Source of the DNA: a virus
Taxonomy: Duplodnaviria; Caudoviricetes
Direction: 5' to 3' (one strand)
Length of the DNA stretch: 64,000 bases
Virus record (IMG/VR): IMGVR_UViG_3300011217_000001
Coordinates: 128,001 to 192,000 of that record
Of the stretch, positions 43,042-52,213 are shown piece by piece (within the stretch, counting starts at the first letter, position 1; each line of letters starts with the position of its first letter). The translations under genes were made by a program, and so were the position numbers. Below the pieces are notes generated by a model, which saw nothing but the letters and a program-made list of their open reading frames with translations, did not search any database and was not told the DNA's origin.

Positions 43042-43917
43042 TTACTTGTTGAGCGACTTGAACGCATCGCCCATGCGGGTGTGGTAGGAGAACTGCTTGT
43101 AGCCGGCGCCGTTGTACAGGCGAGCGAACTCTTCCCAGTCCAGACGCAGCAGCGCGTCCCACAGGCGCGCATCGGTCTTGATGAAGTTCACGAAGGCCAG
43201 CAGGTGTTCGCGTTCACCGATCTTCATGGCTTCAACGAAAGCCTGCACGGTCTGGAAACCAGCGCGCTGGTAGTTGAACCCCATGATCTGGAACATGCCG
43301 AACGAGGCCGACATCAGCGCAGCGGTGTCGCTGTACTTGCGACCACGTTCCATGAACGCCCACTCGGCCGAACCACCGGAGTACAGATCGGTGGGAACGT
43401 ACTTGCTGGGGTTCTTGTTGTAGGTCGCACGCATGACCTTGCCCTTGTTCAGGCACAGCTCGGGCTGTTCCTTACGGAGCTTGTCACGCAGAGCGATCAT
43501 TTCCGAGCGCGGTACGCCCGGCTTGCCGACATCCACCAGGTAGGTGTCGAACTTGTGGCGCTCCCAGAGGATCACCGGCAGACCGTTGGAGCCGAAAGCA
43601 TCGCCGGAGGTTTCCACCTTGGCCACCGCCTTGATGGCATTGACCAGGCACGGCTGGTTCGGCTTGCTCAGCAGCTTGGCTGCATCGATGTAGTCCTGCT
43701 CGATGAGCTTCTTGCGCGCCGGCTCGGGAGCCAGACCCAGGGCGGCGAAGGTGGCAGCGCCAACCAGACCGTCGGCGGTCAGACCCTTGGAGGCCTGGAA
43801 CTTCTTGACAGCAGCCTCGGTGCCTGGACCGAAGATGCCGTCGTCTTTGATGCCCAGAGCTTTCTGGACAGCGGCGACTGCCGAGGAGGAGTCGCCCTTG
43901 CGGAGGAGCAGAGCCAT
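43042..43917 (-). CDS. Modular endolysin: PG_binding_1 + DUF3380 N-acetylmuramidase
   Basis: LRKGD..V..VQ..L..DGIFGPGT..AVK.FQ..GL.ADG.VG; AVAKVETSG, ILWERHKF, SASFGMFQIMGFNY, FARLYNG. Confidence 0.93.
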   Translation of the reverse strand: MALLLRKGDSSSAVAAVQKALGIKDDGIFGPGTEAAVKKFQASKGLTADGLVGAATFAALGLAPEPARKKLIEQDYIDAAKLLSKPNQPCLVNAIKAVAKVETSGDAFGSNGLPVILWERHKFDTYLVDVGKPGVPRSEMIALRDKLRKEQPELCLNKGKVMRATYNKNPSKYVPTDLYSGGSAEWAFMERGRKYSDTAALMSASFGMFQIMGFNYQRAGFQTVQAFVEAMKIGEREHLLAFVNFIKTDARLWDALLRLDWEEFARLYNGAGYKQFSYHTRMGDAFKSLNK

Positions 43918-43961
43918 CGTTATACCCTTCTGTGTTAGGCATAGGATGGCTCTGCTGGCGC

Positions 43962-44663
43962 TTACGGGTTGCGTACCCGGCGGAACACCTTGACGGTGCA
44001 CTGCTCGTACTGGGCGAACTTGTCCAGCAGGAAGTAGTCCGACTCCAGCCGCTCCCACACGTACGGGATGTAGGTGTCGCATACCTTGTTCAGTGTGTAG
44101 TCGACCACGGTAGCATGCACCTGCGAGGCACGCTTGATGGCCTCCTCGAACAGACGCGTGCCGCCAATGACGTAGTACTCCGAGTCGGTCACCTGACGAG
44201 CGCGTGCGATCGCTTCGTCCAGATTACGCACCAGGTCAAACTTCTGACCGGTATCGTATTCCAAAGTGGTGGAGACCACGATGATGTGGCGATTGGGCAG
44301 GCCACTGGCGGGGAGAGAACGGAAAGTCTGTAGACCCATGATCACCGGACAGCCCATGGTGGCTGCCTTGAAGTGACGCATGTCTTCCTTGACGTGCCAC
44401 GGGAGTTCCTGACCCAGACCGATACCGTCGTCGTTCTGCGCGGCAAAGATGACACGCAGGCGATGATCGACTTCGGAGTACGGACAGGGGACCAGAAGAG
44501 TTTGGTCCAGGTCAATTCGCTGCTGATCGGCAGCTGTACTGAAAACGATGTTGGGATCTTCCGCTGAAGCGTAGGTTGCGATGCGCTTACCCAGGGAGCG
44601 GAACAGTGCAGCCGAGTAGGCGGCTACACGATTACTGTTGCTGTACGTTACCGGGATCCGCAT
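43962..44663 (-). CDS. folA: Dihydrofolate reductase with N-terminal extension
   Basis: IG...LPWH..EDM.HFK..T, VIMG..TF.SL, LPNR..IV, VIGG..LF. Confidence 0.92.
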   Translation of the reverse strand: MRIPVTYSNSNRVAAYSAALFRSLGKRIATYASAEDPNIVFSTAADQQRIDLDQTLLVPCPYSEVDHRLRVIFAAQNDDGIGLGQELPWHVKEDMRHFKAATMGCPVIMGLQTFRSLPASGLPNRHIIVVSTTLEYDTGQKFDLVRNLDEAIARARQVTDSEYYVIGGTRLFEEAIKRASQVHATVVDYTLNKVCDTYIPYVWERLESDYFLLDKFAQYEQCTVKVFRRVRNP

Positions 44664-45132
44664 CTTCACTTTCCTTGTCGGTACTGGAGACGTGTTCGTA
44701 AAGGCCCATGGTCCGGACGATCTGACGATCTTCCTGATGCATGTGGCGCGAGCACAACGGATGGTCAACGTCGACCAGAATGTCGCCCTTGCTGAAGTAC
44801 TCGATCCCCCGGGCGATGGAGGAGGAACGAATACGACCTTCGCCGCAGTGGATGATGATGTCTTCGGTCGGCCAGCGTTCGATCAGCTCAGCGATCTGCT
44901 TGGCCATACCTTCATCGAAGTGCGGTTCGTAGGTGTTGGAGGAGATCCCGAAGTGCAGGCGCAGGACTTCCTTGTGTTCGACCTTGAACTTGGGTCGATT
45001 GTCGTACTTGCTGCCGATGGAAATGACCACCGACGGCGTGCCGAGGGCCTCGATGTTGGCCGCGCTCATGTAAGTAGTGCGGCGACTCGGACCAGCCGAG
45101 CCAGGTTTCTTGCGGAAGTGACGGAATGCCAT
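44632..45132 (-). CDS. Cys-dependent (CX5R) protein tyrosine/dual-specificity phosphatase-like protein
   Basis: IIIHCGEGRIRSSSI; VISI..LRLHF. Confidence 0.75.
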   Translation of the reverse strand: MAFRHFRKKPGSAGPSRRTTYMSAANIEALGTPSVVISIGSKYDNRPKFKVEHKEVLRLHFGISSNTYEPHFDEGMAKQIAELIERWPTEDIIIHCGEGRIRSSSIARGIEYFSKGDILVDVDHPLCSRHMHQEDRQIVRTMGLYEHVSSTDKESEDADPGNVQQQ

Positions 45133-45162
45133 GACATGCCCCATTAGATTGAAGTTGTACCT

Positions 45163-45196
45163 CAATTGGATAGTGTACGGTCAAATCTTTTTTACA
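45163..45196 (-). promoter_or_regulatory. Putative phage early promoter
   Basis: AAAAGATTTGACCGTACACTATCCAATTG variant. Confidence 0.45.
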
Positions 45197-45198
45197 GC

Positions 45199-45235
45199 GC
45201 ATATTGGGAGGGGCGTAAAGCCCCTCCCTTATGTC
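45199..45235. terminator. Hairpin flanked by TATG motifs
   Basis: GGGAGGGGC-gtaaa-GCCCCTCCC at end of virion block. Confidence 0.65.
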
Positions 45236-46610
45236 ATTCATTGGTTACCTGAGCCCAGTCCAACTTGGACCCGATGAAGATGGTCAGTACCGTCTTCTGC
45301 GTGTGCGTGGCGAAGGTGATGCCCTGCTGGGACGGCTCCACGATGAAGTGAGCCGCCGCCAACGTACCCATCGCTTCCTTCACGTCACCACCTTGCACGT
45401 ACATGTAGCGAACTGGCATGTTCGGCTCGATCATGTCAACCGAGCTGTTCTCCCAGACCACCTGTACGTAGGCACCATTGCGCTTGGCCAGCTGCGAGGA
45501 CTCGACGAACGGGTTGGAGGTGAACTTGCGCGAACCAGTCTGGACGTTGTTCAATCCGTTCTCGCGCTGCTCGGTGACGTACTCGGTCGTGTTGAGCGAG
45601 TTGTCGACCATGAGCTTGTTGCCCTCTACCTCGCCATAGGCTTCCATGACGTTACGGCTGTCGTTGTAGCGAACGCCGTTACCGCTGGAGAGCTTCTGAC
45701 CTTCCGTCGGATCGATGTACTCGATGCCGCCAGTTGCAATGATGGTGGTGTGCGTGTTGTCGCGCATGTACGTGCGCTCTACGCCCGGCAGCTTGTCGGC
45801 GGGTACTGCGATGACCGTAAGCTTGGGACGGGCCGTATTGAAGCGTGTGACGTCGTAGGAGGGGTACATGTACCAACTGCGTCCATGCAGGTAGTAGCCC
45901 ATGCCTGCCGAGTAGATACCGCCCTGATGCTCGTGCAGATACAGCGGCGAGTCAACGAAGCGCGTACCCGCAGGAACCTGTACCAATGGACGTGGCTCCT
46001 GATTGGAGTAGTCCACGATGCTCACGCCAGTGATCTTGTACTCGTCGGCAACTTCGATCTTCTGGCTGAGGTTGGTCAGGATCCAGCGAGCCAGTCCACC
46101 GGGGCGAGAACGCGTCGCGCCTTGGTTGACTGTCATCATCATCAGCTGTTCCAATGCATGGTCAAAGACCTGGAACGTGACACGCGCCACGTCAGACAGG
46201 TTCATCGCCTCCTTGTTGGCACCGAAGTCCTGCTTCATGGAAACCAGCGGGTTCTTCGGGTTGACGATACTTGCCCGGTAGGTCTGCACCATCGGTGCTT
46301 CATCCGGGGTTTCGGTCGAGCCTGCGACGAACTTGGGCGTGCGGGTGAGGATCATCTCCAGCGTGTCGTTGTGCGGGAAGATGTCGGAGTAGAACGTACC
46401 AGGCTGTACCGCCAGTTCAACGAACATGTGGTCAGCAAAGCGACGGTGGAAGTTGCGATCATTATCGACCGAGAGCACACAAATGGTGTCGTACTCAATC
46501 TCCGCAGCACGCAGCACGGCCGTCCATTGATACTGGATGGCCTTGGCGCCGTTCTTCATGACCTCCTCGATCTCCTCCCACAGGGGCGATTCTCGGATTG
46601 TCTGTCCCAT
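45234..46610 (-). CDS. Virion structural protein (phiKZ gp101-like tail/baseplate hub)
   Basis: Size, GIYSAGMGYY/MYP.YD motif and position in phiKZ-like synteny. Confidence 0.65.
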   Translation of the reverse strand: MGQTIRESPLWEEIEEVMKNGAKAIQYQWTAVLRAAEIEYDTICVLSVDNDRNFHRRFADHMFVELAVQPGTFYSDIFPHNDTLEMILTRTPKFVAGSTETPDEAPMVQTYRASIVNPKNPLVSMKQDFGANKEAMNLSDVARVTFQVFDHALEQLMMMTVNQGATRSRPGGLARWILTNLSQKIEVADEYKITGVSIVDYSNQEPRPLVQVPAGTRFVDSPLYLHEHQGGIYSAGMGYYLHGRSWYMYPSYDVTRFNTARPKLTVIAVPADKLPGVERTYMRDNTHTTIIATGGIEYIDPTEGQKLSSGNGVRYNDSRNVMEAYGEVEGNKLMVDNSLNTTEYVTEQRENGLNNVQTGSRKFTSNPFVESSQLAKRNGAYVQVVWENSSVDMIEPNMPVRYMYVQGGDVKEAMGTLAAAHFIVEPSQQGITFATHTQKTVLTIFIGSKLDWAQVTNE

Positions 46611-47221
46611 CAGTAATCTTCCCGCTCAGACAGCGTCTGACGAATGCTTTCGGTGATCTTGATCCCAGCGCTCTCACGAATGACAGGGCGCTTGACATCA
46701 CCCAGTGCATTGAGGTGGCGACGACGACGCGAACCGAACAGCGACAGACGATGCTGCAGGTCGTTGCCGTACTCACCCTTGGCGATCCAGTACTTGGCGC
46801 TCTGGTACATGTGAGCTGCAAGCTTCTCCAGCTTGACCAGCTCTTCGATCGGCACCTTCACTTCCTGCAGGTCAGCTCGGGAGCGTTCCTCCCAGTCCTT
46901 CAGCAGTTCCATCAGGTGACGGAATATCTGCACGCTGTCCTTGGTATTGCACAGGGCGAAGGTGACAGAGTTGTCCAAGAACTCTGCCATCTCCGGAGCC
47001 GTCAATGTGGCAGTGACGATCTCATCGGCCATTGCACGATCGACATCCTTGTTGCCCGTGGAGACCGTGCCGAACTGCGCGATCTCCTTTTCCGAGATCA
47101 GGTGAACCTTGGAGATCTGCGCTCGATAGCGGAACGTGAACAGCTTCTGCGCAACGCTCTTATCCGCAGCCTTGGTGCGCGGACGGAAGACCTTCACTGG
47201 TTCGGGCGGGAGGATGCTCAT
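46610..47221 (-). CDS. Conserved jumbo-phage protein (phiKZ gp100-like)
   Basis: Synteny; start MSILPP, ATGA-coupled. Confidence 0.55.
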   Translation of the reverse strand: MSILPPEPVKVFRPRTKAADKSVAQKLFTFRYRAQISKVHLISEKEIAQFGTVSTGNKDVDRAMADEIVTATLTAPEMAEFLDNSVTFALCNTKDSVQIFRHLMELLKDWEERSRADLQEVKVPIEELVKLEKLAAHMYQSAKYWIAKGEYGNDLQHRLSLFGSRRRRHLNALGDVKRPVIRESAGIKITESIRQTLSEREDY

Positions 47222-48624
47222 GACGGATTGGACCTGTATGCAATTTTCAAGAGAACGCACAGGATGGGGATGAAGTAGAAGCGCTCCAGGTTGTCCCAGT
47301 AGCCGCATTCGGTTGCCATCTTCATCAGCACCTTGTTGTCCATCGGCTCACCACGCAGCAGCTTGTGGACCTCGATCTCCATCTTCGTCGAACGCTGTCC
47401 ACTGCGAGAGTGATAGAAGCGCTCAGTGAAGATGTAGTAGTCCGAATCAGCCACCCGATTGATGTCGGGGACGTCTTCCGGAGCATTGCCCAGATCGAGC
47501 AACGAGGGGACTGCGGTGGTGCGGATGAGGCGACGGATATCCTTGACTCGGGCACCGGAGCGCTGCAGCGAGTTGTTGGAGCCAGCCACCACGTTGTTGC
47601 GGGTGTAGTTGGCATCCACGTCGGTACGCACTTCGGCAGGGAACACCACGTCGCGAACCTTGGTGTAGAAGATGCCGTTGTAGACCACGTGGTCCTTGAA
47701 TCGGTTCGTGCTCACCAACTGCATCTTGTAGACTGCGGTGGGCAGGATACGACCATTGAGCGCTGCAATCGCATCCAGAACGGTGAGCTGTTCCATCGCA
47801 CGATCGCCACCCACGTTCAGCGAACGCATGCGTCCACGGAAGGCGTTCTCGTTGGCCTCGAAGCATTGCTGCACGAAGCGGACCATGAAAGGGTCGTAGG
47901 TGATCGCGCTCTGATCGGGAACGATCAGGGTGTCCAGGTCGTGACTGTAGAAGTCACGGAAGTACGACCCCAGCAGATCCTGATACATCTGGATCATGTT
48001 GCGCTGGTTGTTGTACAGCTCATCGATGATGAGCGGACTCTGGCCATGATGCAGGAAGTCACGGACGAAGTGATAGGTCACCGTCGTCTTACGGCGGAAG
48101 TCCTCGCGGCGACCAAGGTCGTTGTAGGAGATCAGCTCGTATTCGATCGTGTGGACGGTGTCCTTGAAGATCGTCTTGCGCTCGGCCTGGGTAACCTGGA
48201 ACACACCCTCACGACCATCGCCCACGTCAGCGATGAACATGTCGCCGACATTGGGTACGAGGCAAGGGTAGATCGTTGCCGAACCGCGCACCTGCATGGA
48301 CTTGGTGTCTGCTTCCTGCGTCTGCCCGTCGTTGAGGGCGCTGGAGACGCGAAGCTCCATGCCCTTGATCAGACGGTACGGCTGTTGGTCTGCAGGCTTA
48401 CCACGCTGCTGGCCACTGACCGCGTTGTCGCGATCGATAACCTGCGAGTAGTAATCAACGATCCAACTCTGGCCGCTGACGTACGTCAGCAGGGAAGAGC
48501 TCGGGACGTGTCGGGTATTCACCGTCACACCGCGATACTCGGGATTCGTCACGACTGCCCCAGTCTGACGAAGGGTCGGCTTCGGCGGTCCCTTGTTCGG
48601 ATCCGCTCCCGTTACGAAGGACAT
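47218..48624 (-). CDS. Virion structural protein (phiKZ gp99-like)
   Basis: LLTYVSG.SW.VDYYSQ, PNVGDMFIADVGDG, YDPF, ERFYFIP. Confidence 0.7.
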   Translation of the reverse strand: MSFVTGADPNKGPPKPTLRQTGAVVTNPEYRGVTVNTRHVPSSSLLTYVSGQSWIVDYYSQVIDRDNAVSGQQRGKPADQQPYRLIKGMELRVSSALNDGQTQEADTKSMQVRGSATIYPCLVPNVGDMFIADVGDGREGVFQVTQAERKTIFKDTVHTIEYELISYNDLGRREDFRRKTTVTYHFVRDFLHHGQSPLIIDELYNNQRNMIQMYQDLLGSYFRDFYSHDLDTLIVPDQSAITYDPFMVRFVQQCFEANENAFRGRMRSLNVGGDRAMEQLTVLDAIAALNGRILPTAVYKMQLVSTNRFKDHVVYNGIFYTKVRDVVFPAEVRTDVDANYTRNNVVAGSNNSLQRSGARVKDIRRLIRTTAVPSLLDLGNAPEDVPDINRVADSDYYIFTERFYHSRSGQRSTKMEIEVHKLLRGEPMDNKVLMKMATECGYWDNLERFYFIPILCVLLKIAYRSNPS

Positions 48625-50164
48625 CTTCCATTCTCCTGGCTACAAGTGTGTAGTTGCCAACGGTGAGCATCACGTGCTCCACTCCGTTGAAATGTTGACC
48701 GCGCTGCAACTCCACGCGCTTAATGATGATCTCGATGTCGCGCATTGCGACCGAACCGTTGGGCAGCAGTTCCGGAATCCAGACGCCATTGGCAAAGCCG
48801 CACTGGATCTGAGTGAGTAGCTTGACCAACGCCTTGCCATGCTTGCGCATGCGGTTCCAGCTGTCGGTGGAAATGCGCTTGAGGTCGTTGACCATGGACA
48901 GTCGCAGGTGATACACCTTGCGCATGTCGATCTCCAACCGCTTGATCGCACACCCGTCAGCAGCCAAATGGACAGCGCCATCGGTAAGCGGAAGGTCGTT
49001 CTCAAACAGCGCCAGATGCACCACTGACTTTCCCAGCACCGAGATATGGTTACGCTCTGCGATGATGAAGTTCATCAGGTCATCGTCAAGCTTCCAGTCA
49101 CCCAGATGATGCAGGTTGCCGAGATTGCGATCCGATTCAGGTTTGGCTGCAATCAGCAACGTGATGATCGAGGACGTACCCGATGGAACACGACGCGGTG
49201 CCCAGTCATCGAAGTACGGCAGGACCACGCCATCCAAGCAACAACCCGGCGGACGGAACAGCTTGCTGAACTGCTCCAGTGCCAAGGTGTCGAAGGACTG
49301 TGCCCGGTTGTGTTGGTTGGGTGAGTAAATACCTTCACCAGGCAGCGGACGAATGTCTTCCGGGATCACCTGGTTATGGATGACCATCGGATACTCGATG
49401 TGCGCACCGGTCACCTTGTCGTACTGGAAGACGTAGCTGAAGTCGAACTGCATCGCAGAGGCCTCACCATCCTTGGTCGGATGATCTGGCAGTGCGGAGA
49501 ACTCGAACCAGCCCTGCACCTGAATCTGCTGCTCGGCGATAACCAGACGGGGTTCTTTACCCGCCTGATTGGTAACCACCGTCAGCTTGTTGGTGCCGTG
49601 TTCTTCGAGATACTCCTCGAAGTCCTGTCCGTAGCCAGCCTGCTCTTCACGCAGGTCGTAGATACGGGAGAGGATGTACTGGAACTCCTTGGGGAAGGAA
49701 TAGCTGTAATCCACCACGTGCAGGTTTTCCATCCGTCCCTTGGCCGTGCGCATGCGCAGGTCATTGCGGAAGCGTTCTGCGACGGTAGCGTTCTCCGCAC
49801 GGAACTGGAAGTTGATCCTGGCCATCGTAGCCGAGTAGATCGGGTACACCAGAATACCCAACGCCTGATCACTGAAGATGGCGATGTTGTTCTTCTGGTG
49901 CGTGTTCATGGTCAGGAACGAACGTTCGTCCACATCCTCCACCACTTCCACGCGCATCTTGTTTGCATGGGAGAAGGTGTTGAACTCCTCAGCGGGAGTG
50001 AGGGTAGAGCCATTCATGTAACTGGCTCCTGCCACACCGATGTACTGAATGGTAGTGCCGATCGGAGCCCCGGTGAGCTTCTGGATCTGGCGAACAACAT
50101 CATAAACCACTGGACGGCTGATGCTGTCGTAGGTCTCGTCGATCGTGATGGAACCGCTGGGCAT
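48455..50164 (-). CDS. Virion structural protein (phiKZ gp98-like)
   Basis: ETYDSISRPV, YPMVIHNQ, P.FDDW; synteny; 3' end overlaps next gene by 170 nt. Confidence 0.65.
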   Translation of the reverse strand: MPSGSITIDETYDSISRPVVYDVVRQIQKLTGAPIGTTIQYIGVAGASYMNGSTLTPAEEFNTFSHANKMRVEVVEDVDERSFLTMNTHQKNNIAIFSDQALGILVYPIYSATMARINFQFRAENATVAERFRNDLRMRTAKGRMENLHVVDYSYSFPKEFQYILSRIYDLREEQAGYGQDFEEYLEEHGTNKLTVVTNQAGKEPRLVIAEQQIQVQGWFEFSALPDHPTKDGEASAMQFDFSYVFQYDKVTGAHIEYPMVIHNQVIPEDIRPLPGEGIYSPNQHNRAQSFDTLALEQFSKLFRPPGCCLDGVVLPYFDDWAPRRVPSGTSSIITLLIAAKPESDRNLGNLHHLGDWKLDDDLMNFIIAERNHISVLGKSVVHLALFENDLPLTDGAVHLAADGCAIKRLEIDMRKVYHLRLSMVNDLKRISTDSWNRMRKHGKALVKLLTQIQCGFANGVWIPELLPNGSVAMRDIEIIIKRVELQRGQHFNGVEHVMLTVGNYTLVARRMEDVLRNGSGSEQGTAEADPSSDWGSRDESRVSRCDGEYPTRPELFPADVRQRPELDR

Positions 50165-50224
50165 GGCCGCCTCTTTCTAAGCGTGGGTCATAACATCGAC
50201 CAAAAAAAAAAAGACTACCAGTAT

Positions 50225-50256
50225 CTCCACTCCCCCGTAGGGGAGTGGAGCCTATG
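50225..50256. terminator. Stem-loop terminator
   Basis: CTCCACTCCCC-cgta-GGGGAGTGGAG; T-tract downstream on minus strand. Confidence 0.7.
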
Positions 50257-50276
50257 CTCGACTTGCCAGCGCCGGC

Positions 50277-50660
50277 TTAGAAGCCGGTGCCGAACAGGCC
50301 GTCGCCGTCGCGGTTGTCACGGTTGTTGTACCACCAGTAGGCCAGACCAGCCAGGCCGCCGACGACCACGCCAGCGATCATGGTCTTGCCCACCCAGCCC
50401 ATGCCTTCGCGCGGCAGTTCGTCGGCGTAGGCATTCGGGTCGATCAGCTGACCTTCGGCCATCAGCGATGCGTTGATTTCGCCCATGGCGGCGTCGAAGG
50501 TGGCGCGGTCGATCAGGGCACCGGAGACGGTGACCGAGTCGTTCTCGGACAGATCCTTGATCAGCTTCGGCATCATGTCGCCGTTGATGTTGGCCAGGGC
50601 AGCGGCGCGGAGCAGGTTGACGGCGGTGGCAACGTCACGGATCGGGGCATTCTTGGACAT
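50277..50660 (-). CDS. Hypothetical protein with C-terminal TM
   Basis: 127 aa, GAGGAG RBS, own promoter and terminator. Confidence 0.75.
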   Translation of the reverse strand: MSKNAPIRDVATAVNLLRAAALANINGDMMPKLIKDLSENDSVTVSGALIDRATFDAAMGEINASLMAEGQLIDPNAYADELPREGMGWVGKTMIAGVVVGGLAGLAYWWYNNRDNRDGDGLFGTGF

Positions 50661-50730
50661 GTAACACTCCTCGTATCTAAGGGATACAGCTTTGGGTGGG
50701 TTTAACGCCGAGGGAATTGAACTCGACGCT

Positions 50731-50766
50731 CACATGGGTGATATAGGGGTGAAACTTATTTGAATC
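50731..50766 (-). promoter_or_regulatory. Putative phage early promoter
   Basis: GATTCAAATAAGTTTCACCCCTATATCACCCATGTG. Confidence 0.65.
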
Positions 50767-50776
50767 CCAGTTTTAG

Positions 50777-50814
50777 GGCATAGCGACATAGGGGAGACCC
50801 CGAAGGGTCTCCCC
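50777..50814 (-). terminator. Hairpin + tandem TATGTC/TATGCC
   Basis: GGGGAGACCC-TTCG-GGGTCTCCCC-TATGTCGCTATGCC. Confidence 0.7.
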
Positions 50815-50821
50815 GTACCTA

Positions 50822-52132
50822 TTAACGCTGATGCAGAGCCAGCGAACGTTCCATGACGGACATGGTCGAACGGCAGACCACGATGAAGTGGCCCAGGAAC
50901 TGGCTCATCGGACCGATGGTGCGATGGGTGAAGTTGGACAGGAAGGCCAGCAGCACTTTCTTGGCGCCGCTGTTCTGCGGGTTCTTCTCCGCATCCGTTG
51001 CCGACATCACTGCCTTGCCACGACGATCCAGTTCACTGAAGGCCTTCTCCATGTTCTGGAAGAAGTTGCCGCCCTCGACCTTCTCCACGAAGCCGAGCAT
51101 GTCATAGACACGTTCAGCAAGGGAGTGGCACTGCTGTGCCGGGATCGTTGCCATGGTTTCAGAGCCAGTCGGCTGCTGTGCATCGGAGACCGTACGGACC
51201 CACTGCATGCCAGCACCCTGATGACCTGCGGCCACGAACACCAGACCCCAGCCACCAGGCAGACCACGAACCACCTTGGCAGTACCCGGCTCGAAGCGCG
51301 GGTCAGCGAAGGGGACCGAGGTACGGAACTTGGTAGCCATCTTCCACGGATCGAAGATGTCCTCGCCGGACTTGACAGCACGCATGGCCTGTTGAGCGCG
51401 ACCATTGGCGAAGTCACCCAGTGCTTCGTTGACCTTGCCCAGGGTGTCGTTGATGGCGTTGGGATAGACATCGAACAGGATCTGACCCTGACGCGTCATC
51501 TCGCGCAGCGCTGCGTCGATCTGACCCACGGCGGCCGGACTACGACCCTGTACCGCCAGCGAGTAGGCATCACTGCCCAATGCAACGGTAGCAGATTCCA
51601 GCGGCTGACCAGAGGCACCCTTGGCACGAGCCACGATGCGCTGTGCACGACGCTTCAGGACAGCGATCTGTCCCATGGCGCGTTGGAAGAAGGCAGAGAT
51701 GGATGCGAGCACATTGCGGATCACGTCCATGATGCGCTGCCAGATACGGGCGATTGTCTCACCCACACCTTCCATCGAGATCTTCGAACCGATGCTGCTT
51801 TCCAGACCCGGTGCCAGACTCTCCGGCAAGCGACCCGTACCAGCCAGTGCCATCTCCAGAGCGATCTGGGTCAGGGCAGCTTCGTGGGGGGTGGCTTCCT
51901 GGATATCAGAGGTGACCAGAGACAGGCGCTGCAGACCATCAGCCAGATCCATCGCGCGACCAACGTCCTCCAGTTCACCGGGGACGCGAGCGATCTGTGC
52001 AACCGAATCGGTGAAGGCGGTCTCCGCAATGTCCTCAGCTACTACCAGATGCGGATCACGGGTCTCCACCACGGCTTGGGCAACAGCGTCATCAGCGAAG
52101 GCTTCCACGTCGGACGATGTGTAATCATCCAC
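50822..52132 (-). CDS. Internal head protein (phiKZ gp93-97 family)
   Basis: Propeptide with GLE/SME sites then IWQRIMDVI..F helix; GTG start with AAGGAG. Confidence 0.78.
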   Translation of the reverse strand: MDDYTSSDVEAFADDAVAQAVVETRDPHLVVAEDIAETAFTDSVAQIARVPGELEDVGRAMDLADGLQRLSLVTSDIQEATPHEAALTQIALEMALAGTGRLPESLAPGLESSIGSKISMEGVGETIARIWQRIMDVIRNVLASISAFFQRAMGQIAVLKRRAQRIVARAKGASGQPLESATVALGSDAYSLAVQGRSPAAVGQIDAALREMTRQGQILFDVYPNAINDTLGKVNEALGDFANGRAQQAMRAVKSGEDIFDPWKMATKFRTSVPFADPRFEPGTAKVVRGLPGGWGLVFVAAGHQGAGMQWVRTVSDAQQPTGSETMATIPAQQCHSLAERVYDMLGFVEKVEGGNFFQNMEKAFSELDRRGKAVMSATDAEKNPQNSGAKKVLLAFLSNFTHRTIGPMSQFLGHFIVVCRSTMSVMERSLALHQR

Positions 52133-52160
52133 GATTGATTCTCCTTGGTTGACGTTATAA

Positions 52161-52188
52161 AGCCGAGGCCCCCGAAGGGGCCTCGGCT
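52161..52188 (-). terminator. Stem-loop terminator
   Basis: AGCCGAGGCCCC-TTCG-GGGGCCTCGGCT. Confidence 0.7.
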
Positions 52189-52213
52189 CCATGCTTGCGC
52201 AGACGAGGCTGTA

